Shown here piece after piece: positions 1 to 10,755 of a stretch of DNA of 62,504 nucleotides. The stretch is taken from positions 1 to 62,504 of IMG/VR virus record IMGVR_UViG_3300032320_000789; one strand, written 5' to 3'. Both the position numbers and the translations under genes were made by a program. The stretch comes from a virus (taxonomy: Duplodnaviria; Caudoviricetes). The notes under the pieces were generated by a model. It did not search any database, was not told the DNA's origin, and was given only the letters and a program-made list of their open reading frames with translations. Every line of letters begins with the position of its first letter. Position 1 is the first letter of the stretch.

Positions 1-2520
1 ACTAGGACTAAGCGATACTACCAATAGATCTAGTCCGGTACAAGTTGGTGCGTTAAGTTTGTGGGTGCAAGTTCGCGCAGATAATCAAACACTAGCAATA
101 CAAAGTAATGGTACATTATGGGCATGGGGACTCAATGGTGAAGGTCAACTAGGATTAAGCGATACTACCAATAGATCTAGTCCAGTACAAGTTGGTGCTT
201 TAAGTGTATGGAGACAAATTACTGTTGGGCAGTTCTCTTCGCTAGCAATTCAAAGTAATGGTACATTATGGGCTTGGGGTCGCAATAGTTCAGGTCAACT
301 AGGACTAAGCGATACTACCAATAGATCTAGTCCGGTACAAGTTGGTGCGTTAAGTGTATGGACACAAATCGCCACTGGGCAGGCGCACTCTTTAGCAATA
401 CAAAGTAATGGTACATTATGGTCTTGGGGAAGTAATAATTCAGGTCAACTAGGATCATCTAATACAACTAATCGTTCTAGCCCAGTACAAGTTGGTGCGT
501 TAAGTGTATGGGCTAGAATAAGTGCGGGCGGCACTGCGCTTAGTGCTTCATATGCGATAACAAGTCAAGGTTTTCTTTGGGCGTGGGGAAATAATAGTCA
601 AGGTCAATTAGGTACGAATACTACGGTAGGAGTATCTAGTCCAGTACAAGTAGGACAACAATCCATTTGGACTAGTATTGCCGCAGGTTTTAATTTTTGT
701 TATGGTATTCAGAGTCCTGGTACGTTATGGAGCTGGGGATCTGATAGTACAGGTTCAGGTGGTTTAGGATACAACGCAACTTCTTATAGAAGTAGTGCTT
801 TACAAATAGGCGCATCGGGTGTATGGACAGGATTTCCGCAAGGATCACAGAATACTATCTGGGGTGTGGCGATAAATTCAAATAGAAATTTATATACTTG
901 GGGAGTCAACTCCAATAGATTATTGAATGCTAATTTTTACAACAATGATAACGCAGGCTTAACAGCAGGTGGAGCTGAAATAATTGTATCTCCACAGCCA
1001 CTGGATCCTACATTAGGCTCTCCTGTTAGGGTAGCTAGTATAGGTGATCAGTTTGGGGTATATATAGCAAATAATAGCACACTATGGGCGTGGGGCAATC
1101 TAAGTTGGGGTCAAGTGCCGGTGAATGTTGGCCGAATTCCAGCTCCAACTTATATGTCAGGTTGGGCCCAATCTTTTTCTAGTGGTGACGTTTTTTCAGC
1201 GGCAGTACAAAGTAATGGTACATTATGGTCATGGGGCAATAATAGTAGGGGACAATTAGGTTTAAATACTGCTACAAATTTGACATTTAGTAGTCCACAG
1301 CAAGTTGGTTCGTTAACAACTTGGGCCAGAGTTGTATGCGGGTATAATCAATTTTTGGCAGCCATACAAAGTAATGGCACATTGTGGACATGTGGATATA
1401 ATGCTCAAGGACAATTAGGACAAAACAATACCGCTAATCTTTCTAGTCTGGTTCAAGTAGGCGCTTTAAGTGTATGGACACAAGTAGCATGTGGTGGAAA
1501 TTCTATGTACGCAATACAAAGTAATGGTACACTATGGTCTTGGGGGTTCAATAATGTTGGACAATTAGGTTTAAATGATACTGCTACTCGTTCTAGTCCA
1601 GTACAAGTTGGTGCGTTAAGTGTGTGGACACAAATTAGTCCTGGATCACAATTTTGTCTAGCTATACGGAGTAATGGCACATTATGGTCTTGGGGAACTA
1701 ACGGGCTGGGCCAATTAGGACTTAATGATACTGCAAATCGTTCAAGCCCAGTACAAGTAGGTGCGTTAAGTGTATGGACTCGTATAGGGGCAGGCTCTAG
1801 TCATACTATAGCTATCCAAAGTAATGGAACACTATGGTCTTGGGGTAACAATGGCCTTGGTCAACTAGGACTATCTGATACTAATAATCGCTCTAGTCCA
1901 GTACAAGTAGGCACTTTGAATATATGGACTCGTGTAGCAGGCTCGAATAGTTCTAGTTATGCTATTACAACGCAGGGTGTGTTATGGGCGTGTGGATACA
2001 ACGGGTTTGGTCAATTGGGAAATAACACACTAACAAATTATTCAAGTCTAGTACAAGTAGGTACATTAAGTAATTGGGTAACACTAGTGAATTCCTTAGC
2101 TGCTACAACTATTCTTGCTACACAAAGTAATGGCACATTATGGTCTTGGGGCAGAAATAATTTTGGTCAATTAGGCTACTCAGCTATAGTTGCTCCTGTG
2201 CCAATTTCAACTGATGCCACTTGGTCTCAAGTGTGTTGCGGTGTAAATTACGCACTAGCAATTCAAAGTAATGGTACACTATGGGCCTGGGGTAATAACT
2301 CTTATGGCCAATTAGGCACTAGTAACTTAACACATCTTAGTAGTTTAACACAAGTGGGCGCAATTTCAAATTGGAGTCGTGTAGCTTGTGGATACACACA
2401 TACAGCAGCACTACAATCTAATGGCACATTATGGGCTTGGGGATTAAATAGTTTTGGACAACTAGGTCAAGGCAATTTTATCAGCACATCCTCGCCTGTA
2501 CAAGTAGGTACAATTAGCAC
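1..2520 (+). repeat. Intragenic ~150-bp tandem repeat units encoding RCC1 blades
   Basis: 1-58 and 298-355 are identical; caaagtaatggtacattatgg and ccagtacaagttggtgcgttaagtgt recur many times. Confidence 0.85.
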
Positions 2521-2572
2521 CTATGTAACAGTATATGCCATGAACAATACCACACTGGCAGAAATACAATGA
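2..2572 (+). CDS. RCC1/BLIP-II repeat beta-propeller protein (5'-truncated), probable virion/tail-associated protein
   Basis: Frame is open from base 2 (LGLSDTTNRSSPVQVGALSLW...), so the listed start at 59 is not the real start; many ~50-aa repeats of AIQSNGTLW(A/S)WGxNxxGQLG...SSPVQVG. Confidence 0.88.
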   Translation, partial: LGLSDTTNRSSPVQVGALSLWVQVRADNQTLAIQSNGTLWAWGLNGEGQLGLSDTTNRSSPVQVGALSVWRQITVGQFSSLAIQSNGTLWAWGRNSSGQLGLSDTTNRSSPVQVGALSVWTQIATGQAHSLAIQSNGTLWSWGSNNSGQLGSSNTTNRSSPVQVGALSVWARISAGGTALSASYAITSQGFLWAWGNNSQGQLGTNTTVGVSSPVQVGQQSIWTSIAAGFNFCYGIQSPGTLWSWGSDSTGSGGLGYNATSYRSSALQIGASGVWTGFPQGSQNTIWGVAINSNRNLYTWGVNSNRLLNANFYNNDNAGLTAGGAEIIVSPQPLDPTLGSPVRVASIGDQFGVYIANNSTLWAWGNLSWGQVPVNVGRIPAPTYMSGWAQSFSSGDVFSAAVQSNGTLWSWGNNSRGQLGLNTATNLTFSSPQQVGSLTTWARVVCGYNQFLAAIQSNGTLWTCGYNAQGQLGQNNTANLSSLVQVGALSVWTQVACGGNSMYAIQSNGTLWSWGFNNVGQLGLNDTATRSSPVQVGALSVWTQISPGSQFCLAIRSNGTLWSWGTNGLGQLGLNDTANRSSPVQVGALSVWTRIGAGSSHTIAIQSNGTLWSWGNNGLGQLGLSDTNNRSSPVQVGTLNIWTRVAGSNSSSYAITTQGVLWACGYNGFGQLGNNTLTNYSSLVQVGTLSNWVTLVNSLAATTILATQSNGTLWSWGRNNFGQLGYSAIVAPVPISTDATWSQVCCGVNYALAIQSNGTLWAWGNNSYGQLGTSNLTHLSSLTQVGAISNWSRVACGYTHTAALQSNGTLWAWGLNSFGQLGQGNFISTSSPVQVGTISTYVTVYAMNNTTLAEIQ

Positions 2573-3711
2573 CATATAATGTAATTTCTCAATATCTCAA
2601 TAATAGATATTTTAGTACAGCTGGTTTTTCTATCAACAACGCATTATATGCCTGGGGTAATAATAGTATTGGCGAATTAGCACAAGGTAATACTACTAAT
2701 AGAAGTAGTCCAGTACAAGTTGGCTCCTTAAATTACTGGACTCGAGTTAGTTGCGGATATAATCATTTTTCTCTAGGCATTCAAAGTCCAGGTACATTAT
2801 GGAGTTGGGGTAGTAATAGTTTTGGCCAGTTAGGTGTTAACACTGGCGGCACTAATAATACTTCTAGTCCAATACAAGTAGGCGCATTAAGTAACTGGAC
2901 ACAAATAGCTGCTGGTAATTCTCATTGGTTAGCTGTACAAACTCCTGGCACACTATGGGCGTGTGGATATAATGGATCTGGACAATTAGGTAATAATACC
3001 TCTAGCACTTCTATAGGAGCCTCGACTCCTATACAGATTGGATTATTAAACACTTGGTCACAAGTAGCAGGCGGCAATTTTGCTAGTTATGCTTTACAAA
3101 ATACTGGTACCCTTTGGGCGTGGGGCTATAACGTTCAAGGGCAACTAGGTCAAGGTAATACTATAAACTATTCCAGCCCAGTACAAGTAGGAGCATTAAC
3201 TGTATGGAGACAGATTGCTGTCAATTCTACATCTGCTACAGCCCTAGCATTACAAAGCGCAGGTACGCTTTGGGCATGGGGTTTTAATGGGTTTGGTCAG
3301 ATTGGTAATAGTAATAGTAATAATCAATCTAGCCCAGTACAAATAGGAGCATTAACTACTTGGACTCGGATTGCTAGTGGCGGATATTCAAGCTATGCTT
3401 TACAAAGTAATGGCACGCTATGGGCATGGGGATTAAACAGTCAAGGTCAATTAGGCCTTAATACTACTGTAGGTGCATCTAGTCCAGTACAAGTAGGCAC
3501 AGGTAGTACCTGGGTACAAGTAGGTGCTGGCGCATTACAGTTGGCGGCTATACAAAACAATGGAACACTATGGATGTGCGGTTATAATGCCCAAGGACAA
3601 TTAGGCAACAACAGTACCACTAACATTTCTTCACTAGTACAAGTTGGGTCACTAAATAAATGGAATTTTGCTACAGGTGCTCGTCAGATTTTGGCACAGC
3701 AAGTTCCTTAA
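2569..3711 (+). CDS. RCC1/BLIP-II repeat protein (about 7 blades)
   Basis: Seven GTLWxWGxNxxGQLG-type repeats; ATGA overlap with the upstream gene. Confidence 0.88.
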   Translation: MTYNVISQYLNNRYFSTAGFSINNALYAWGNNSIGELAQGNTTNRSSPVQVGSLNYWTRVSCGYNHFSLGIQSPGTLWSWGSNSFGQLGVNTGGTNNTSSPIQVGALSNWTQIAAGNSHWLAVQTPGTLWACGYNGSGQLGNNTSSTSIGASTPIQIGLLNTWSQVAGGNFASYALQNTGTLWAWGYNVQGQLGQGNTINYSSPVQVGALTVWRQIAVNSTSATALALQSAGTLWAWGFNGFGQIGNSNSNNQSSPVQIGALTTWTRIASGGYSSYALQSNGTLWAWGLNSQGQLGLNTTVGASSPVQVGTGSTWVQVGAGALQLAAIQNNGTLWMCGYNAQGQLGNNSTTNISSLVQVGSLNKWNFATGARQILAQQVP

Positions 3712-3727
3712 TTTATACAGGTGATTA

Positions 3728-4378
3728 ATGAAACAACTTATTATTGACAGTGGGTTCTACAACGACCCCGAGCAAATGAAAACGCTTTTTGTAAATCTAG
3801 ACTTTGTCAAAAATGAAAATATGTTACAAGGCAAAATTTGCCCAATGCCTTTTGCTAATAATGACATGTTGCGGCATATTGAAAACATTATTGGAGTGCC
3901 AGAAGATATTTCAGCATTTGAATTTGTTCCAGGATCTGGAACATTTATTAGTAATCAAGCAGACGAGCTACCCGCTAGATCGATATGTATCCAATATCCA
4001 GAACCTAACACACAATGGGTTGGTATTATATCATTAAACAAATCTGTTAATCCCCATTATTTAAAATTCTACAAACACAAACGCACTGGGTGGGATCATG
4101 TTCCAATGGATCCGGAAGAGTTATCCAAAGAAAAATTATATTCATATGAACATATAGAAGCTTTCATGGCTTTTGAAAATAATAATTGGGAAGATAAATG
4201 GGAAGAAACTTCTAAAGTTGAATTAAAACCCAATGAATTAGTATTATTTAGACCTTGGGTGTTTCATTCCTACAATGATGTTTTTGGTGACAGTCAGAAA
4301 ACGGCTAGACTGCTCCAATTTTTCTTCTTAAGACCTAAACAAGACTTGACAATCCTCCAAGAACCAAGTACAATTTAA
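3728..4378 (+). CDS. 2OG-Fe(II) oxygenase-fold protein (DUF6445-like), probably degenerate
   Basis: IIDxxFYxDP start, WVGIISL, FYKHKRTG, NELVLFRPWVFHS, FGD...RLLQFFF; no clear HxD motif. Confidence 0.55.
   Translation: MKQLIIDSGFYNDPEQMKTLFVNLDFVKNENMLQGKICPMPFANNDMLRHIENIIGVPEDISAFEFVPGSGTFISNQADELPARSICIQYPEPNTQWVGIISLNKSVNPHYLKFYKHKRTGWDHVPMDPEELSKEKLYSYEHIEAFMAFENNNWEDKWEETSKVELKPNELVLFRPWVFHSYNDVFGDSQKTARLLQFFFLRPKQDLTILQEPSTI
4346..4374 (+). promoter_or_regulatory. sigma70-like promoter for the sulfotransferase cluster
   Basis: TTGACA-17 nt-TACAAT. Confidence 0.6.
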
Positions 4379-4405
4379 TTAGCAATACCTAACCGGAAAA
4401 TTATT

Positions 4406-5185
4406 ATGGAAAATATTCATTTCATCTCTGGCCTTCCTCGGGCTGGCACAACATTATTATCATCGATCCTAAAACAAAATCCAAAATTTAGCAGTTCAAT
4501 TTCAGGACCATTGGCTCGTTTTTACAGAGCTATTATTGATGAATCACAATCACAAGGTGGATATCGTTTTCAATGTCCTGCTGAAAAGCGCAAAGAATTA
4601 ATTTACTCTATCACAGACACATACTATAAAGATAGTACGCCAACTGTGTTTGATACTAATCGTGGCTGGACTTATCTAACACCATTATTAGCTGATTTGT
4701 ATCCTAAAGCTAAAACAATCGTATGTATCCGTAGCATTCCTTGGATTATTGATAGTTTTGAAACATTGTTTGCCAAGAATCCATATGACGTTCCTTTAAT
4801 GTTCCCACAGGGTGCTGGTGTTAGTGTTTATAGTCGTGCCAAATATTTGACTGACTCAAACGCATTCGTTGGCTTTGCATATGATGGTGTCAAGCAAGCC
4901 ATGTTTGGTCCCAATAAAGAAAACATCATGGTTGTACAATACGATCAATTAGCTAAGAATCCTAAATTAGTAATGAAGAAAATTTATGAATTTATTGGCG
5001 AACCATGGTTTGAACATGACTTTGAAAATGTTGTTGGCGACTACGACGAGTTTGATGCTGACATGAACATTAATGGTTTACATCATGTACGCCAGAAAGT
5101 CCAATATAAGGAACGCCAGACTATTTTACCACTTGATTTGTTTAATCACCTCGAACAAATGGATTTCTGGAAACATCTAAAGTAG
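4406..5185 (+). CDS. Sulfotransferase family protein
   Basis: N-terminal PAPS-binding loop FISGLPRAGTTLL, R-S motif (CIRSIPWIIDSFE), VQYDQLAKNP...IYEFIG. Confidence 0.85.
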   Translation: MENIHFISGLPRAGTTLLSSILKQNPKFSSSISGPLARFYRAIIDESQSQGGYRFQCPAEKRKELIYSITDTYYKDSTPTVFDTNRGWTYLTPLLADLYPKAKTIVCIRSIPWIIDSFETLFAKNPYDVPLMFPQGAGVSVYSRAKYLTDSNAFVGFAYDGVKQAMFGPNKENIMVVQYDQLAKNPKLVMKKIYEFIGEPWFEHDFENVVGDYDEFDADMNINGLHHVRQKVQYKERQTILPLDLFNHLEQMDFWKHLK

Positions 5186-5191
5186 TATGTA

Positions 5192-5767
5192 ATGTCAACA
5201 GATATTAAATTAAACATTGGTAGCGGACCTTCTAAATTTGACGGATTTTTAAATGTTGATTATGACGATAATTTCAGCCCAGATTATATTTTAGATATTG
5301 GTCGGGATAGTTGGCCCTGGGCCGATAATTCAGTTTCCGAAGTTAAAGCACATCATGTGTTAGAGCATCTCGGAGATCCAGATTTTTTCCATTGTTTAAA
5401 AGAGTTATATCGAGTATGTAAAGCAGGCGCTGAAATCGAAGTATTAGTTCCGCACCACAGGCATGATGTTTTTCTAAACGATCCTACCCATAGACGGCCA
5501 ATTACTATTGACGGTATGAATTTATTCAGCAAAGAATACAATCGTCACTGTGATACTACTGGCGATCATGCTTCACAATTAGGTTATTATTATGGTGTAG
5601 ATTTTAAAATTGTAGATTTTAATTTTAACATAGATGCCGCTTATCAACCATTTATTCGACAAATAAAACCGGGCTCGCAAGAAGAAAAAGACTTTCAAAT
5701 GATGATCCGCGAAAAAAATAATATAGTAGTAGAAGTAAGATTTTTATGGAAAGTAATTAAATGCTAG
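5192..5767 (+). CDS. Class I SAM-dependent methyltransferase (type 11-like)
   Basis: LNIGSG, NVD, HVLEHL, ELYRVCK, DPTH. Confidence 0.8.
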   Translation: MSTDIKLNIGSGPSKFDGFLNVDYDDNFSPDYILDIGRDSWPWADNSVSEVKAHHVLEHLGDPDFFHCLKELYRVCKAGAEIEVLVPHHRHDVFLNDPTHRRPITIDGMNLFSKEYNRHCDTTGDHASQLGYYYGVDFKIVDFNFNIDAAYQPFIRQIKPGSQEEKDFQMMIREKNNIVVEVRFLWKVIKC

Positions 5768-6543
5768 GAAAACCCCGCAGGAATGTATTAGTGTCTGCCG
5801 AATGCGGTACCTTGTTGGTCAATAGATTTGATTATAATCCAGAAAATAATTTTGGAGTAGGTCAATTTATTTTAGACAAAGGAATAGATTGTATGGTTCC
5901 TGCTTATATTGTGTCAAGATATTTTACTGATATTGCTAATCCCGTTATTATAGATGTTGGTTCAAACATTGGTGTATTTGCTTTACAAGCGGCACAGCAT
6001 GTTGAACAATTTGGCGGATTTGTTTATGCCTTTGAACCACAAGAACAGCCATTCTATCTTAATTGTGCTAACTATGCGTTAAATAATATTGACAATGCTC
6101 GTGTAGAAAGACTAGCAGTAGGCGATACTACAACGCCAATTACGATTCCCAAATTAAATTATTATCAACCTTCTAGTTTTGGTAGTGTAGGGTTAACTAG
6201 TGAATATGACGGAGATGTAGGTCAGGATCTAGATTTTGGTAATGGCGATAAAGTACCACAAATCATTATTGATGAGTATTTTAAAAATATAGATAATATT
6301 GTATTTGTAAAAATAGATGTCGAAGGTATGGAGATGAATGTTTTAACAGGGTCAGTTGATACTATTAATAAACACCGACCTTTCTTGTTTGTGGAATATA
6401 CTAAACAACCAAATAACGGCAATGATTTAAAAGAATTTATCGAGGCAATGGATTATACAATATATATAAAACATCAAGATTTTATTTGTATTCCAAACGA
6501 AAGAATTGATTCAAAGATACAGGAAATTTTACAAGAACTATGA
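5761..6543 (+). CDS. FkbM-family methyltransferase
   Basis: IDVGSNIG, VYAFEP, KIDVEGME, RPFLFVE. Confidence 0.88.
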   Translation: MLGKPRRNVLVSAECGTLLVNRFDYNPENNFGVGQFILDKGIDCMVPAYIVSRYFTDIANPVIIDVGSNIGVFALQAAQHVEQFGGFVYAFEPQEQPFYLNCANYALNNIDNARVERLAVGDTTTPITIPKLNYYQPSSFGSVGLTSEYDGDVGQDLDFGNGDKVPQIIIDEYFKNIDNIVFVKIDVEGMEMNVLTGSVDTINKHRPFLFVEYTKQPNNGNDLKEFIEAMDYTIYIKHQDFICIPNERIDSKIQEILQEL

Positions 6544-7934
6544 TGACCGACCACGATGCCGTAAAACAAACTATAGAAATCTTTTCTCGGGCGGATTTAT
6601 TAGACGAATTAGTGACTTTACTGGAGACCTTTGAAAAACATAAAGTAGTACCAAACGATTTACTGGGCAATGATTTATATTGTTTTGGATATAACAAAGC
6701 CAAAAAATTCCTCAAATCTATTGAATATGGCGAGCGAGCATTAGAACAAGCAAAGTCCATTGAGGAAAAAATAGCGGTTTCAGCAAATTTAGCCAAAGTA
6801 TATTTGTCAGCTAACAAACCAACTAAAGCTGTAACAGCATTCAAATTTATGGCAAATAATATGAATATAGGTGCCGAAGGCATGTTAGATTTATCTGCGG
6901 CATTATTTGCTTGTAATAAAAAAGATGAGTCCTATGAAATATTAAAGAACATAGAAAAAGATCTATGGAAATATGATGGCACTATGGCTGATTCTATCTT
7001 GTTTAACATGGGGGTACACTATATAGCACAGGGCAATTTTAAAGCAGGTATGGAGCATCTTTCCATTGGCCGTAAATTAAAAGTATTTGGTTCATATTCT
7101 AAAGTTACAGATGGACTACCAGAATGGGATGGTAAACCACGCCCAGGCAAGCATTTATTATTTGTAGCAGAAGGCGGCATTGGAGATGAAATTATTAATG
7201 TTAGATTCGTTAAAAATATCTTGGCCATGGGCATGACTTGTTCTATAATGTCAGTACACGGTATTACCAATGTTTACAGTCATCTTGGGTTTACTAAAAT
7301 GATTAACACTAGTCAATATAACAAACGAGATTATGACTATTGGACTCCCATGATGGATCTACCAAAAACTTTAGATCTCGATTTTGACCAATTATGGACT
7401 GGTCCTTATTTAGAAGCCAAACCAGAATTTATCGAAAAATATAAAAATATAATTACCGGCGATTACAAAGTTGGATTACGCTGGGCAGGAAATGCCAGAT
7501 ATGATCACGAATTACATCGTACACTTAATTTACAAAGTATGTTAAATGCCATGCCAAAAGACAACAACTGGTCCTTGTATTCTATACAGCGTGATGTGGG
7601 TATGGAACAATTAAAACAGAATCCACGAGTAAAAGATCTCAGTTCGGAACTCAAAACATTTGACGATTTGTTGGGCATTATGTATAATCTAGACTTAATT
7701 ATAACAAGTTGTACATCTGTAGCCCATGCCGCTTGTGCTATGGGCAAAAAAACTATTATCTTAGTACCAATTATGGAATATTATACTTGGGCCGAGGGTA
7801 AACCTACAGCTAGTTGGTATGGCGACGATTTAAGATTGATTAGACAGGTAACTCCAGAAATTTGGAAAGAAGCATACGCAGAATTAAAAGAAGTACTCAA
7901 GGATTCTAAATGGAAAAAACTATTGGATTTGTAA
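6540..7934 (+). CDS. TPR-domain glycosyltransferase (GT-B, GT9/heptosyltransferase-like)
   Basis: Helical TPR-like N-terminus; WDG...EGGIGDEIINVRF; VGLRWAGN; LDLIITSCTSVAHAACAMGK. Confidence 0.8.
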   Translation: MMTDHDAVKQTIEIFSRADLLDELVTLLETFEKHKVVPNDLLGNDLYCFGYNKAKKFLKSIEYGERALEQAKSIEEKIAVSANLAKVYLSANKPTKAVTAFKFMANNMNIGAEGMLDLSAALFACNKKDESYEILKNIEKDLWKYDGTMADSILFNMGVHYIAQGNFKAGMEHLSIGRKLKVFGSYSKVTDGLPEWDGKPRPGKHLLFVAEGGIGDEIINVRFVKNILAMGMTCSIMSVHGITNVYSHLGFTKMINTSQYNKRDYDYWTPMMDLPKTLDLDFDQLWTGPYLEAKPEFIEKYKNIITGDYKVGLRWAGNARYDHELHRTLNLQSMLNAMPKDNNWSLYSIQRDVGMEQLKQNPRVKDLSSELKTFDDLLGIMYNLDLIITSCTSVAHAACAMGKKTIILVPIMEYYTWAEGKPTASWYGDDLRLIRQVTPEIWKEAYAELKEVLKDSKWKKLLDL

Positions 7935-10729
7935 CATCGGGATTAAAATTTAACGGGCATACTGTTAATGAAAAAGCATTGGGTGGATCAGAATCAGCAC
8001 TAATATACATGGCTAGAGAGATGTTTAAATTAGGCAATGATGTAGTTGTATATTGCGAGTGCGATGCTCCGGGTTGGTATGATGGCGTAGAATATCGTAA
8101 TGTAGACCAGTATACTAATGACAACAAATCACAGTTTGATACACTGATTGTAAGTAGATTTACAGATTTCCTAGCACTACCGGTTGATAGCAAGATGAAT
8201 ATTTTGTGGTGCCATGACATCGATACTAATAATTTTAGAGATGCGTTAGGTTGTACTGATAGAGTATTCTGTTTAAGTGATTTCCATAAATCTTTATTTG
8301 TAAAAAACTATGATGTTGACCCAACCAATTATGTATGGAAAACTTCTAACGGATATGATCAAGAGATTATTACAGAATATGTTCCCTATGAGCAAAAGAA
8401 AAACAATTATATCTATGCTAGTCGTCCCGAGCGTGGGTTGAAATTATTGCTTGAAAAGATTTGGCCCGAGATTATCGAGCGTAATCCTGATGCTACGCTA
8501 CATATTTGTACTTACGAACATCCATTATCACTGCCAGAAAATGTTAAACAAATACACAAAGAAGTAAAAGACTTGTTAGAATACAGTCGCAACATCAAAC
8601 AAATCGGTCATTTGCCCAAGCGTGAATTCTATGAATTGTTGTCCAACTGTGCTTACATGGTATATCCAACAAACTTTCCAGAGATATCTTGTATCAGTGC
8701 TATCGAAGCACAATATAACGGATGTTTGGTCATTACTACAGATGAATTTGCTATGTCAGAAACAGTGAAGACTGACACTAAAGTTAAAGTTACAGATGAT
8801 TATGGTTCGTCGGAATATGTTACAAAATTTTTAGAATATCTAGACAAATATCAAGATGACATATATGAAGCCGAAGTAGCCAAAGCTAAAAAGGCTATAT
8901 TACCATATGCTTGGGGAAGAGTAGCGAAATCTTGGAACTCCGAAATTGATTTCATGTTTAATAAACGGCATGAAAAATACAAAGATAAAATTATTGATCA
9001 ATTGATTTATAACTCTGATATCGTAGCCGCTTGGAAATTAACTGGCGATCAAAAATATCGTGATATGCTAGACCAAGCCGAAAAAGATAATTTAACTATT
9101 TCCGACTTTACTCCTGTAGCTAAAGACGAAGATGCTTATCTAAGCGGTAGAGGAATGCAACTAATTGAACTCGTTAAGAGTGAAATCGATAAGTTTCCTA
9201 ATAAGAAATTAAAAATTCTTGACTTAGGTAGCAACGATGGCATCCTTTCATTGCCTTTGATGAAACGATTTGCTGATAATATCGAAATATTAACGATGTA
9301 TGATTCGTCGCAAGCAGTATTAGACTATGTTAAATCTCAATATAAAACAAAATACCCACAGATAAATTATATCGTGGATGATGTAAGAAATGTGTTGACA
9401 TATGACTTACAGCCTGATATAGTTATTGTTGGGGAATTATTAGAACATATCGAGGATACACAGCAATTCCTTAATTTTTTAATGAAGTTAGCTACTAAGA
9501 ATACATTATTTTATTTTACAGTACCCATGGGCCCATGGGAACATATGGTCAAAAGGAAAAAAGTAGAAATACATCATGTACATCATTTTGAACTAAACGA
9601 TTTATATGCTATTTTCAAAAATATTAATTTATCTATCGGCAAAAATTTACATAATGCCAAAGGTCGCCGGGGTGAAATGTGTAGCAACTGGATGTTCTGG
9701 TTTACGGCAAGCAAAGATGATAACGTTGAATTCGGTCAAGTAGATTACCAAGATAAATGGATAAAAACTAGACCTTATAAACGCATATCGGCTTGCATGA
9801 TCGTATGTAACGAAGAAGATAATCTTAGCCGTTGTTTAAAAACTGTTACTAATTTTTCTGATGAGATTATAATCGTAGATACCGGCTCAACTGATGATAC
9901 TAAACAAATAGCAGCTAAATTTACAGATAAAATTTATGATTTAGTGTGGGAAGAAGAAGACGGGCTTGGAAACTTTTCTAGAGCTAGAAATTACTCCATT
10001 AGCCTCGCCACAGGGGATTATATTTTCTGGATCGATGCCGATGAACAACTTGAAAATAGCATGGCACTACACAAATATATAATCAGCGATTATTATGATG
10101 GTATTTTACTACGCCAAGTACAAGCCATGAGCAAAAAAGCACATGACAACGGCGTTAATGTAGATGTTATGCATGATAGATTTTTTAGAAATAATATTGG
10201 TATCCAGTTTACTGGTGTAATACACGAGTATCCTAGCAGAGATGATGAGCATTTTTTAGGTAATAAAATGTTCTGGCAAGATCACATCTATGTAACACAT
10301 TATGGATTAGCTAATCAGGAAACTTTAAAGCGTAAGGCCATAGGAAGAAACGCTAATCTGATATATAAGAATGTAAGAACATACCCTAACCGAGTATTCG
10401 CCAGACATTATATCATGGTAGATTATTGGAGTCAATTTATCACAGGACATCCTAATCCAGATATGACTTGGCTAGAAAAAGGTATGGATATTTGGCACAA
10501 TGATTTGAAAAAATGTGGTGACGATTGGACTACTAGATTATCGTTAGAGGTATTACAACATTTTTATAGTTATTGCGCCCAAAATGGTATTGCCTTTAAA
10601 GGTAAATTACCCGAAAAGGTAGCTTTCCAGAATGGGGAAAACAGCGAAACGATAAGTTTCTATGTAGTTAATCCCGAGGAAGAAAGTGATTTTTTCTTAA
10701 AATATCTTGCTAATTTTAAGAGACCGTAG
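7910..10729 (+). CDS. Multidomain GT4-like + SAM methyltransferase + GT2 glycosyltransferase
   Basis: LGGSE, YASRPERGL, FPEISCISAIEAQ (GT-B); ILDLGSNDG, ELLEHIED (MTase); ISACMIVCNEE, IVDTGSTDDT, FSRARN, WIDADE (GT2). Confidence 0.85.
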   Translation: MEKTIGFVTSGLKFNGHTVNEKALGGSESALIYMAREMFKLGNDVVVYCECDAPGWYDGVEYRNVDQYTNDNKSQFDTLIVSRFTDFLALPVDSKMNILWCHDIDTNNFRDALGCTDRVFCLSDFHKSLFVKNYDVDPTNYVWKTSNGYDQEIITEYVPYEQKKNNYIYASRPERGLKLLLEKIWPEIIERNPDATLHICTYEHPLSLPENVKQIHKEVKDLLEYSRNIKQIGHLPKREFYELLSNCAYMVYPTNFPEISCISAIEAQYNGCLVITTDEFAMSETVKTDTKVKVTDDYGSSEYVTKFLEYLDKYQDDIYEAEVAKAKKAILPYAWGRVAKSWNSEIDFMFNKRHEKYKDKIIDQLIYNSDIVAAWKLTGDQKYRDMLDQAEKDNLTISDFTPVAKDEDAYLSGRGMQLIELVKSEIDKFPNKKLKILDLGSNDGILSLPLMKRFADNIEILTMYDSSQAVLDYVKSQYKTKYPQINYIVDDVRNVLTYDLQPDIVIVGELLEHIEDTQQFLNFLMKLATKNTLFYFTVPMGPWEHMVKRKKVEIHHVHHFELNDLYAIFKNINLSIGKNLHNAKGRRGEMCSNWMFWFTASKDDNVEFGQVDYQDKWIKTRPYKRISACMIVCNEEDNLSRCLKTVTNFSDEIIIVDTGSTDDTKQIAAKFTDKIYDLVWEEEDGLGNFSRARNYSISLATGDYIFWIDADEQLENSMALHKYIISDYYDGILLRQVQAMSKKAHDNGVNVDVMHDRFFRNNIGIQFTGVIHEYPSRDDEHFLGNKMFWQDHIYVTHYGLANQETLKRKAIGRNANLIYKNVRTYPNRVFARHYIMVDYWSQFITGHPNPDMTWLEKGMDIWHNDLKKCGDDWTTRLSLEVLQHFYSYCAQNGIAFKGKLPEKVAFQNGENSETISFYVVNPEEESDFFLKYLANFKRP

Positions 10730-10755
10730 TAAAATAAAATAAAGGAAATAAAAAT

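Noticed and set aside
1-3711. Repeats as a CRISPR array or DGR template/variable repeat
   Set aside because: They are in-frame coding repeats without unique spacers; no cas or reverse transcriptase gene, and no adenine-specific mismatch pattern noticed
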